From a virus: a stretch of 64,000 nt of DNA. Position numbers and translations under genes: made by a program. This document shows, one piece after another, positions 38,704 to 47,940 of this stretch (positions are counted from its first letter, which is position 1; each line of letters begins with the position of its first letter). Location: positions 94,302-158,301 of IMG/VR virus record IMGVR_UViG_3300020477_000001; one strand, given 5' to 3'. A model generated the notes under the pieces. That model saw only the letters and a program-made list of their open reading frames with translations, was not told the DNA's origin and made no database searches.

Positions 38704-38851
38704 GTTGGTGAAATTGGTGCTATGACGAGGGAAACATTGCGAACGCCTTTAAGAATAGCAGCCCGACGCAGGAAAGCCCCTAGTGGAAGCGCGACGAAGC
38801 TAGACGGTGACACGATACTGGTCGGGTCGGGTTCGAATCCCGACACCAGCA
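38704..38851 (+). ncRNA. tRNA-like RNA (acceptor stem plus T-arm, ~148 nt, no canonical anticodon arm)
   Basis: GTTGGTG/CACCAGC-A acceptor stem; TCGGG-TTCGAAT-CCCGA T-arm; internal CCCGAC/GTCGGG stem. Confidence 0.6.
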
Positions 38852-38858
38852 ACAATTT

Positions 38859-39072
38859 GAGAGAAACATACTCGTTGAAATGAAGGCGCAGCCTTAAATG
38901 CCACTATACGAAGAAAGTGGAGCCGAAAGGTGGGGAAACGGGAAACCGCCGATGTTCCTCTCTAGGGGGTCGTTGTTAGTAGGTGATTGGTATAACGTAA
39001 AACCAGATGCCGATGATAACGGCTCCTGCCAATTTCTCGCAATAACGCGGGGATGTAAACAAAAACTCCTAG
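38859..39072 (+). ncRNA. two adjacent multi-hairpin structured RNAs
   Basis: Closing stems GAGAGAAACAT/ATGTTCCTCTC and CTAGGGG/CTCCTAG; GAAA tetraloops; ATAAC-containing loops. Confidence 0.45.
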
Positions 39073-39151
39073 TATAAAACCGTGAAGCATCGGACTAGGA
39101 CAAAAAAGGTCTGTGTGGGGATCACAGAAAAAAAAACTCCCCATATTTTTC

Positions 39152-39215
39152 TTGACTCTTAAAAACGCGGCGGGGTACAATCGGAGATTGTCTCGCGCCG
39201 AGATTTCGATGTCAA
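39152..39215. repeat. 64-bp palindromic element, copy 7
   Basis: Variant with TACAAT in the left arm. Confidence 0.85.
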
Positions 39216-39282
39216 TGTTTTTCTTTTTTTATTTTTTTTATTTTTCTCTAGACATAATTTCTTGAGTCTGTATAATCGGGGC

Positions 39283-41690
39283 ATGACAAACGAAGAAGCA
39301 ATGGAAATAGTATTAGAGGCAGCAAAACACAGGGCGAGTATTCTCCCACCTCAAAACGATACAGGAAAGAAAATCCTAGCAGCGTCTCGGCAACTACAAG
39401 CCCGATTACAATGGCAAAAGCTCGCCGCGTATGACGCAAAGTACGCATCACATTATTTAATATTGGAGGACTAAATGAAGTATCAAGGAAACATCAAAAT
39501 TATAGTAGAAGGCGAGGACAATTATTCTCGCGCAACCGAACACTGGCTTCACTCAATCGTGCAAGAGGGTGTTGGGGAGCAATGCGACGAAACAGGGCTA
39601 TCTATCGTTGGCGCATGGTGCGTTGATGTTAAAAAATTGGAGGACTAATAATGAAAGAAGATAATATAACTTATTTAGAAATGGCGCGAATAGCAATGGC
39701 TACAATCCCAGAAGATTTAGCCGAAGGAATGGACATATCCGACGATGAACTAATTCGCTTACGCGATCAACTACATATTTATTTAGATTGGGAGGTTAAA
39801 GAATGAAGGTAAAAGATATTATTGAAACACTAAAGAAGAACTATAATCCAGAAGATAGTCTGGTTGTAGCTACATGGGACAAAGAACAGTTTGCTCCCTT
39901 ACTGGAGGAAGATGACGATTGGGCCGAGATTGCTCAATCCTGTATGGACGAAGTGGATTGGGCTGATATAAGCCAAGACATTATCGAACACATTCAATCA
40001 CACCAAGGCACTCATTACGGAGATAGTATCTTTGAAGGAGTCGAGGAATAGTTCTTGACTTATTAAACCAAGTCTTTATAATCAAACGCATGATGACCAA
40101 AGAAGAATGCAGAGAACAAATTCAAGAGGATATACTTACATTTATGGATGATAGGTTTGTGGAAGATGGTTGGGATGCCGAGTTCTTGAAAGACAATCTT
40201 TGCCAAATCGTAGTTGATAACTTTAAGAAATTGGAGGACTAAATGAAAACATACGAAGTAGAATTCAAATCAACAACCTATCGCACCTACCATGTGGAGG
40301 CTCCAAGCAAAAAGTTTGCAGAGGAGGCAGCGATAGAAGAATTACAAATGGATACCGAAGTTAGTAACGCTTGGGTTGAGAACGCAGAAGTTTCCGCTAT
40401 CACCGCAGATGTGGATGTGTGTGGTAACAAATTGGAGGATTAAATGAAACTAAACATAGAAATTAGAACTCACGACAAGGATCAAATACCTTCTATAATC
40501 GAGCGTATCGCTAACGATGTAGAGTACGATTTGTTGGCATATAAAAACAACGGTAGAGCGATCATCAGCGCAGACATTGGAGTAGTTGTTGATGGTGATT
40601 TAGTTGGGCATTATAGAATGGAGGAGGACTAAATGAGACGACTAAAAAAAGCCAAAGAAAACCTTTCGCGTACTGAAAGACTACACCGCATTGTTACCCG
40701 TGGATTCTTCAAGGGCGACGGACACCAACGTAAAGGTCGAACCATTAGAATGTGGCCTAGCTTTCACGAAAACGACGAAAATGTTGAATTAGTTTTTGAT
40801 ATTCTTTCTGAAGAACTAGACAAATTATTAAAAGAATAATCCTTGACTTATTAACCTAAATCTCTATAATCAAACGCATGACGAAAGAAAAACAAGCTAT
40901 ATTAGAAGTATTGGAATACTATGCTAATAATGAAGCGAACCTAACTTCTGAATTCGCAAGAGAACACATCGCAGACGCTATTATGGAAGCTCAGAAACAA
41001 GTATGGACTGAAGCATTACTCGACGTAGGCATTGAACTAACAACAAAGGAGGAGGACTAAATGAAATACAATCACGCATACGATATCGCCTTCTCTCTTG
41101 AGTCTAATGATGAATATGGAGAGGATGTAACACCAGATATGTTGAGGACGGCATTACTTAACAGAATCAAAGACTTGGATAGAGCAAACGAATGGGGAGA
41201 GATTCACGCGAACTCTGTACCTTTTGATACATACGAAGTGGAGGAGGATTAAATTATGAAAACAGAACTCATTGAAGTTTACATTTATTACTACGAAAAT
41301 ACTCCCTACGATGAGGTGGAAGCCTACCTCGCAGAGAAGCAGAAGGTCAATGGCAAAAAATGGGCTGACGAAGCATGGGATTTGTACGCTAAATGGAGCA
41401 GCGGAAAATTAGGAGATTAAATTATGGGATACAAGATACTAGACGTTAAAGCAGACATTCACGAAGATGTTGAGAAGTATATGGACTCTTGCATTAACGG
41501 GAACGAGATCAACCCGATATTGGGTCAGACCATTTTGGAGGATATGTGTGACATTGTAGACAAACACTTTGAGAAGATAGAAAGGTAATTAATAATGTTA
41601 GAATTAATTCACGGAGGGGCTATTGTTGTATCACTAATGATAGTCGCGTACATACAAGACTTGAACGACGAAGAAGAAGAAGGCAAATAG
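39283..41690 (+). CDS. chain of about 12 small acidic hypothetical genes joined by GGAGGAYTAAATG-type junctions
   Basis: ORF track (39283-39474, 39803-40051, 40243-40443, 40444-40632, 40633-40839, 40878-41060, 41061-41252) plus sub-60-aa ORFs in between. Confidence 0.6.
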
Positions 41691-41736
41691 GTCGTCGGCA
41701 AATAGGTTATCGGCAAATAGGGGTTAAGCAAATAGG
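41682..41736 (+). repeat. GGCAAATAGG direct repeat x4, 15-bp period
   Basis: Starts at 41682, 41697, 41712 and 41727 (last copy has one mismatch). Confidence 0.75.
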
Positions 41737-41788
41737 CCGCGCCATCGGGCGCGGCCTTTGCTGTTATAAGAATCTCGGCGGGCGACTA

Positions 41789-42223
41789 TTACAACTCGCC
41801 TTTCCGTGCTGAGTCATATAAATCACACTCGTGCTGATACTCTCTTTTCTCGGCGGGCGACATTAGGCTCACATCCAACTGTCTCAGCTTGGCGTGTTCT
41901 TGTAACAACATTTTAACCACGTTATCACTACCATTCTGCCATGCTTTTTCCATAGCTGCGCTCACCTTGGCGATCTCGCGATTGACGGATTCCCGTGTGA
42001 TGATTTGATTGCGCCAATCCTGTGGATCATCCACCCAACAACGATCAACGCAGTCCTCCACCTCGTTACGCAGCAGGAACGCACCCGATTCACTCTTGAA
42101 ACCGAATGACAGGGGTTCGGAAGAGGGTAGCTCATTCAACTGCTCGGCAATCGCATCGCGTGCGGGCATAGGGTTCTTACCTTTGTTTAACACTTTCTTT
42201 AGGTCGCTCATCTTAATTGGCAT
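41789..42223 (-). CDS. hypothetical protein (leaderless)
   Basis: TATAAT-6 nt-ATG (MPIKMSDL...). Confidence 0.55.
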   Translation of the reverse strand: MPIKMSDLKKVLNKGKNPMPARDAIAEQLNELPSSEPLSFGFKSESGAFLLRNEVEDCVDRCWVDDPQDWRNQIITRESVNREIAKVSAAMEKAWQNGSDNVVKMLLQEHAKLRQLDVSLMSPAEKREYQHECDLYDSARKGEL

Positions 42224-42428
42224 GACATGATTATAGGGATAACAATAAAGTAGCACAACAATAAAAATAAAAAAAATAAACGCACACGAATGCGAACGCG
42301 AGAGATACAAATACAAATACCTCAAATACAAATACCTTCTACAATATTTTATTATAATAATAAAAAAGGATTTTAAGGTTATTAACAATTTTTGGATTTT
42401 TTGTGAAAAACTTGTGGATAACTTTTTC

Positions 42429-42542
42429 TTGACAATCGAAAACGCGGCGGGCGACAATAGGGGGAGACTTGTCTCCCTAGGGACACCCGCCGAGATTCTT
42501 TCCCACTGTATAATTGTCTCACGCCGAGATTTGGCGTGTCAA
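42429..42542. repeat. expanded palindromic element with internal insertion; half-copies at about 41770-41790 and 42904-42932
   Basis: TTGAC..AAAACGCGGCGGGCGACAAT ... ATTGTCTCACGCCGAG..GTCAA. Confidence 0.75.
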
Positions 42543-42571
42543 CAAAAAAAACCCCTTTCGGGGTTTTTCTT

Positions 42572-42835
42572 CTAGTTTTCTTCTAGGTAAGCTTCGGCAA
42601 TTTCGCGCCAGTTAACTTCCCTTAATGATGCGTTGAGCATATCCGAAAACATACTTGCTTCGAGTTCTGGCTTAAACACCATCGCGAATTCTTCTAAACG
42701 CTCGGCAAGTTCTGCCTCGTTAGGAAATTCTTCCGCGAGGTCTACGCAATACCGATAAGTTGGCTCGTCATTTGAGAGCCACAAGTTTACATTCCATGTT
42801 TCGTAATTTGTCCAGCCGTTGTATTTATTTGACAT
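42572..42835 (-). CDS. conserved phage hypothetical protein (YNGWTNYETW family)
   Basis: YNGWTNYETWNVNLWLSND...VNWREIA. Confidence 0.6.
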   Translation of the reverse strand: MSNKYNGWTNYETWNVNLWLSNDEPTYRYCVDLAEEFPNEAELAERLEEFAMVFKPELEASMFSDMLNASLREVNWREIAEAYLEEN

Positions 42836-43208
42836 GGCTTTATAATACAGAAAAGCATGACGCTTGCCAAGAGAAATCGTATCATTGCAATACGATTTTT
42901 TGCTTGACTTGGAAAACGCGGCGCGTGAGAATTGATGGAAAACCCTAGACATAAGTCAAACAAATAGGATTACCACCCATTTACTAAAAAAAACAAATTG
43001 ACATCTGCCTAAATAGAGGCTTGGGGGTGTAATTTCAATCTCCACGGTCTTTTCAAATCAGTGCTTATCATATATAAACTTTCAATAACAACCATAAACC
43101 CCCCTTTTATAAAATTGTTATTATATTTTTTATATTTAAACGCCCGCTAACTAAAAAAATCCCCGAACAGCCCCCCAAAATCAAAGACTTGTGATATAAT
43201 AAACCTAA

Positions 43209-43928
43209 ATGCAAAAAAATAACTTTTTTAAAGCTAAAAAAAGGTTTTTAATAGTAGGCCCAAGGCTCAGTGGGTCTACTAGGGTTTTCAATTTACTTAG
43301 ATTTTTATCTGAATCAGCAGGATACTCTACATACAGCAGTAGTATTGTTGGATACGAATTCTCTAACCAAAACCAAGTACATATCATTAAAGCTCATGAT
43401 GGCTTTGTGAACGACGCTCAGAGAACAAAATATATACAATCTTCTTACGTAATCCTGCCGTACAGAGATTTTAGAGATTCCGCCGTATCTCGCAATGTAA
43501 GATGGCCAGAATCAGATAAAAGCTATCTTGAGGGTGTTCTTGATAGCATTGCCTTGTTTTATAAGTACGAGGGCTATTCTGATCTAACAATCAAGTATGA
43601 AAACTATGGATACGATCAAGTAGAGAAAATTTGCAAAATATTAAAGCTACCAGCAGAGCTTTCCGTGATAAACGACGCAATGAATTTAACTGATGAGCTT
43701 TACAACTCTGACATTGTTCCCGAAAACGAAGAAGAACTAGAAGATTTAAAGTCCGAAGAAGTATTGGTTAAAATGAGAGAATATAAAAAACACTTATATA
43801 CCAAAGCCACAAATACCTCTGGAGGAAAATCAGAAAAATACAAAGAATTCTTTACTGAAGAAGAAAATGAAGAAATTCTAAATAATTTAATTATTAAAAA
43901 TTTTTTAAATGAAAATGGATATCTGTAA
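43209..43928 (+). CDS. sulfotransferase-like P-loop protein
   Basis: GPRLSGST, KAH, YRDFRDSAVS, YE. Confidence 0.55.
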   Translation: MQKNNFFKAKKRFLIVGPRLSGSTRVFNLLRFLSESAGYSTYSSSIVGYEFSNQNQVHIIKAHDGFVNDAQRTKYIQSSYVILPYRDFRDSAVSRNVRWPESDKSYLEGVLDSIALFYKYEGYSDLTIKYENYGYDQVEKICKILKLPAELSVINDAMNLTDELYNSDIVPENEEELEDLKSEEVLVKMREYKKHLYTKATNTSGGKSEKYKEFFTEEENEEILNNLIIKNFLNENGYL

Positions 43929-44708
43929 ATGAAAACAGCAGTAATACTTTCTGGTCAACCAAGAAACCTAGAAGATAACTATAAAAATCTTTTAAGTAAT
44001 TTTGTTGATTGTAATGATGCTGACTTGTTTTGCCACTTTTGGGATGATCCACAGTCTTATGGAGAATATCATAGGCCCGACAGAGAAATGGGTAATGTCA
44101 CCACCAAACACCAAAACATAGATGATTTAGTTAAAGACATAAAAGCAACAAGAAGCGTTATAGAACAACAAGTAGATTTTCAATATAATCCTTTCTTTTG
44201 TGAGACTTATGGGAGAGAGATTAAAACGCCCGTAAATGACGATTTCCCCACCGAAAGAGGAACAACATATTCTGGCAGTAAAATTTGGACCCACGCAACG
44301 TTTCCGACTTGGGGAGCTAGACCCGGTCATAACATCAGCCAATGGTACTCGTGGAAGCAAGCCCTGCTTCTCTTAAAGAGCTACGAGCAAGAAAAAGACT
44401 TTCGCTACGACGCGATCATAAGAACCCGCACAGACTTTCGTATTAACTCCCCGTTCACCATCACTGGACCAATAGAAGGAGTATTATCAAGTAAACCAAC
44501 AGACCACACAGACTATTCCATCAACGACCACATAGGAATAGGTAAAAGAGACTATATGTTTAAATATTTAAGTATTATTGATTATATCAACGAATATTAC
44601 TTTTTTGATAAGATTCCATTTAATACTGAAGTATATCTAGGCTGGCACTTGAAGAAACAGAGAATCCCCGTTAGCTTTATGAACTTCGAAACAGTAATCA
44701 ATAGATGA
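43929..44708 (+). CDS. glycosyltransferase-like protein
   Basis: KTAVILSGQPR, DLFCHFW, SQWYS, YDAIIRTRTD, NDHIGIG. Confidence 0.5.
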   Translation: MKTAVILSGQPRNLEDNYKNLLSNFVDCNDADLFCHFWDDPQSYGEYHRPDREMGNVTTKHQNIDDLVKDIKATRSVIEQQVDFQYNPFFCETYGREIKTPVNDDFPTERGTTYSGSKIWTHATFPTWGARPGHNISQWYSWKQALLLLKSYEQEKDFRYDAIIRTRTDFRINSPFTITGPIEGVLSSKPTDHTDYSINDHIGIGKRDYMFKYLSIIDYINEYYFFDKIPFNTEVYLGWHLKKQRIPVSFMNFETVINR

Positions 44709-45409
44709 TACTACCCTCCTCTATAAATCCATTAGAAGCAGACAAATTAAAAGAACAATTTAATTTAAATAAAAAGGTCGTAATAAAAGACTTCTTAAAA
44801 GAAGAAACGGCTGATTTTTTATTTGATTTTTTGAGTGGAGAAGAATCCGCCGTTTATTGGTACACCGCCGTATTGGCTGGAAACGACGCTACCGGATACG
44901 AAGCTGAACCTAATTACTTCAGCCGTACAGATTCAATAGAAGATATTGAAGCAAATGAATTCGCCGCTATACAATCATTTGGAAGAGGATTTTTTTCTTA
45001 TTCTTTTGACAAAACTGGCGAGCATCCCAAGACTTGTACTTGTGAGATTTGTAATTTTACTAATTTGATTCAAAGCAGCGAAATCTTTGGAAAGATAGCG
45101 GAAATCTTTAACGCGGAATTAAAAAAGTCGGTTTTCTATGCAACGCGGTTTAAACAGGTGCAATTCTTTGCGCCGCATGAAATCAATTCTGGCAAAATCG
45201 GTTTCCGTTATGAACTAACCAAAAACTGGAGACCAGAGTGGGGCGGTAATACTTTCTTTACTGAAGAAGATAAAATTAAAGAAATAATTACTCCATCCTT
45301 TAATACTTTAACTCTTTTTGATATTTCTTCTTATAACAGTAAGTTTGTATCACAAGTAGCTGCGGGAGTCACAGATGGAGTGCATTCTATCGAAGGTTAT
45401 ATTAAATGA
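44705..45409 (+). CDS. 2OG-Fe(II) oxygenase-fold protein, degenerate metal ligands
   Basis: LTKNWRPEWGG.T.F and PSFNTLTLFD motifs; HxD and distal His not intact. Confidence 0.55.
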   Translation: MILPSSINPLEADKLKEQFNLNKKVVIKDFLKEETADFLFDFLSGEESAVYWYTAVLAGNDATGYEAEPNYFSRTDSIEDIEANEFAAIQSFGRGFFSYSFDKTGEHPKTCTCEICNFTNLIQSSEIFGKIAEIFNAELKKSVFYATRFKQVQFFAPHEINSGKIGFRYELTKNWRPEWGGNTFFTEEDKIKEIITPSFNTLTLFDISSYNSKFVSQVAAGVTDGVHSIEGYIK

Positions 45410-46005
45410 GTTATTGTTTTTTTGATTTAGATAAAGCTGGTAACGAGAGACAATTTTGTACTTATTATTATGCTCAAAAGCTTTTCAACGACGAAGAAGT
45501 AGAACAAATTAAAAAAATAGGAGATTCCTTATCTTCTGATAATGCATCCACTTTTGGCGGCGATTTAAAAGATGTGCGGCGAGGCAAAGTGGGTTGGGTT
45601 CCAAGAACACAAGATTATACTTGGATTTATGATCGTCTTTTTGGAATTGTTAAAGAAGCTAATGATAGTCTTTGGAGATTTGAATTAGCTGGTTTCCTAG
45701 AGGACTGCCAATACACCACTTATCATGGTTCTGCCAAGAAAGGTGGCAAATATGATTATCATCTTGATATAGATGGCCCAAGGGGCGTACATCGAAAGAT
45801 ATCGGGAGTACTACAGCTTACTGACCCGTCTGATTATGAAGGCGGCGAACTAGAGATTCTTTCTAGAGATACCCCTTTCACTGCATCCAAAGAAAAAGGT
45901 ACTATCACTCTTTTTCCTTCTTTCTTACTCCACAGGGTTAAAGAAGTCACAAAGGGCAAAAGAAACTCATTGGTTATTTGGGTTTCTGGATATCCATTTA
46001 AATAA
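45406..46005 (+). CDS. PKHD-type 2OG-Fe(II) hydroxylase
   Basis: YDYHLD, RKIS..QL..P.DYEGGEL, FPSFLLHRV..VTKG.RNSLV.W. Confidence 0.9.
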   Translation: MSYCFFDLDKAGNERQFCTYYYAQKLFNDEEVEQIKKIGDSLSSDNASTFGGDLKDVRRGKVGWVPRTQDYTWIYDRLFGIVKEANDSLWRFELAGFLEDCQYTTYHGSAKKGGKYDYHLDIDGPRGVHRKISGVLQLTDPSDYEGGELEILSRDTPFTASKEKGTITLFPSFLLHRVKEVTKGKRNSLVIWVSGYPFK

Positions 46006-46045
46006 TGGTTTTTTTTGTGGATAATTAAGTGTAATTAAATATAGA

Positions 46046-46843
46046 ATGCCAAGAAAATCTAGCAACGCGAAAAATCGCGCCTCAATGCTGAAAAAGATCA
46101 ATACCGCAGATCAACTTGATGAGATTTCAGACGCGATGTGTCCTATCATTGGAGAAAATCCAAATCCAATAAAAAGACAGATCAAAGTTCATCAATTACC
46201 TTGGACAAAAAAGCAAAAAGACTTCTTTAAGTTAGCTCTTGACGATGAAAGCAGAATCGTATTCGTAAACGGTCCTGCGGGCACTTCCAAAACGCTGTTA
46301 AGCGTTTACTGCGGCTTACAATTACTTAATAAAAAGGTTATTTCTGATATTATGTATTTGAGGTCGGCGGTTGAATCTTCTGAATCAAAGCTTGGTTTTT
46401 TACCCGGTTCTGCCGACGATAAATTAAGATTTTATAATTTGCCCTTCTTGGACAAACTAGACGAACTACTACCAGACACCAGAGTCGAGAAGCTTGAACA
46501 AGAGGGGCGCATTTCCATGTTTCCAGTGAATTTTGCGCGAGGCATGAACTGGGCGTCAAAATGTATAATTTTGGATGAAGCCCAAAATAGCACTTTAAAG
46601 GAAATTACTACTGTATTGACCAGAATGGGCAATCACAGTAGATGCTTTATCTTAGCGGACCCAATGCAAACTGATCTGCATCACAATAAAGATGGTGCGT
46701 TTGAAAAGTTATTTAAATTATTTTCAGATCAAGAAAGTCACGAAAAAGGCGTTAGAACGTTCGAGTTCGACGAAGAAGACATCATGAGGTCAGACTTAGT
46801 TAAGTTCTTAGTTAAGAAGATGAAAAATATTAACAAGCACTAA
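46046..46843 (+). CDS. phoH: PhoH-family ATPase
   Basis: GPAGTSKT, R.AVE...LGFLPG, RG, ILDEAQN, LTRMG, D..Q.D, DI.RS.LVK. Confidence 0.9.
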   Translation: MPRKSSNAKNRASMLKKINTADQLDEISDAMCPIIGENPNPIKRQIKVHQLPWTKKQKDFFKLALDDESRIVFVNGPAGTSKTLLSVYCGLQLLNKKVISDIMYLRSAVESSESKLGFLPGSADDKLRFYNLPFLDKLDELLPDTRVEKLEQEGRISMFPVNFARGMNWASKCIILDEAQNSTLKEITTVLTRMGNHSRCFILADPMQTDLHHNKDGAFEKLFKLFSDQESHEKGVRTFEFDEEDIMRSDLVKFLVKKMKNINKH

Positions 46844-47074
46844 ACCTTTATGCCGTTAGACTCAAGTATATTTTTTATATCTTCTATTTTTAAAGTCTTC
46901 CTCTTGGAGAGTTTATAAATAGAATTTGATATATCTCTTTGAGTATTAGATTGTTCTTTCTTTAGGTCATAAATCTGATTATTGATTTTAACAGCCGCTT
47001 TAGAAACCTCAGCATCATCGTGCTCGCAAAGTTCATAAGATAAATCTAAAATCTCCTCTATTTTTTCAAAAAAA

Positions 47075-47464
47075 TTATTTGTCATTTTCTTCCCCCTTCT
47101 TTTTATTGGAAGACTTGCCCCTTTTTCTAGGAGGTGCTTGGAATTTTCTTTTTTCGAGTCTCCAACCATTTTGATACAAAAAATTAGAACAAACATCCGC
47201 AAATCTAGTAACGTCTGTTTCTGACTTGTCCCAGAAGAATGCATGAGCTATTTCATGAATACAAGTGTTTAATTCTGATTTTTTTGTTAAATACGGATTT
47301 ATGTAGATTTTAGGAGTATAATCTCCCTTAGCTTCACTGGGGTCTACGCACAACCCAAAGGTATCGCTCCCATAAGCATCTTTTCTGGGCTTACGAAAAA
47401 CAATCTCATACGTAACACCTTTAGTGTTCGTAAAAAGAAAGCTTTCCTGTTGTTGTTTTCCCAT
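47075..47464 (-). CDS. HExxH metallopeptidase-like protein
   Basis: IHEIAHA. Confidence 0.5.
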   Translation of the reverse strand: MGKQQQESFLFTNTKGVTYEIVFRKPRKDAYGSDTFGLCVDPSEAKGDYTPKIYINPYLTKKSELNTCIHEIAHAFFWDKSETDVTRFADVCSNFLYQNGWRLEKRKFQAPPRKRGKSSNKKKGEENDK

Positions 47465-47568
47465 GTTAAATAATATTACAGTTATTTAAGTCTAAGTACA
47501 TATTAAATTACATATTAAATAAGTCGGGGTTTGATTTTATTTAAATCCGTGTATATTTAAAATTATTT

Positions 47569-47940
47569 ATGAAAAAATATTGCACATCTTGCGGTTCGCA
47601 GATTGTTTACTCTGTAACTAACAAACCTAAGTTTTGTGCTAGTTGTGGCGCTAAGCTTGATTTAGGTAAAAATTACGCTTCATCAAAAAAGCAAGAAGAG
47701 CAAGTGGAGGTAGAGCAGGAGGTCTTGGGTGTCGAGGAGGAAGAATCGACGGACGGCTACTCTACGAAGATAAATAAACTGGATTTCGACATTGAAAGAT
47801 TTGAAGCTCCTAAAGAAACCCTAGGGGGACTAATTGACAGTCCAGTGCAAAGCAGTAACGAAGGAGAAAGGCAACTACCCAACAACGAGAATTTTTTGAA
47901 TGATTTTCGAAAAGAGGCTGGATCGATAAGGAAAAAATAA
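47569..47940 (+). CDS. zinc-ribbon protein
   Basis: YCTSCG...KFCASCG. Confidence 0.6.
   Translation: MKKYCTSCGSQIVYSVTNKPKFCASCGAKLDLGKNYASSKKQEEQVEVEQEVLGVEEEESTDGYSTKINKLDFDIERFEAPKETLGGLIDSPVQSSNEGERQLPNNENFLNDFRKEAGSIRKK

Noticed and set aside
38704-38851. Canonical tRNA or tmRNA gene
   Set aside because: There is no anticodon arm, no G3.U70 pair or tag ORF, and the length is wrong. It is kept only as a tRNA-like ncRNA.
30907-39215. Integron attC sites or CRISPR repeats
   Set aside because: They lack RYYYAAC/GTTRRRY ends, no integrase is in the window, and spacing is kilobases and irregular.
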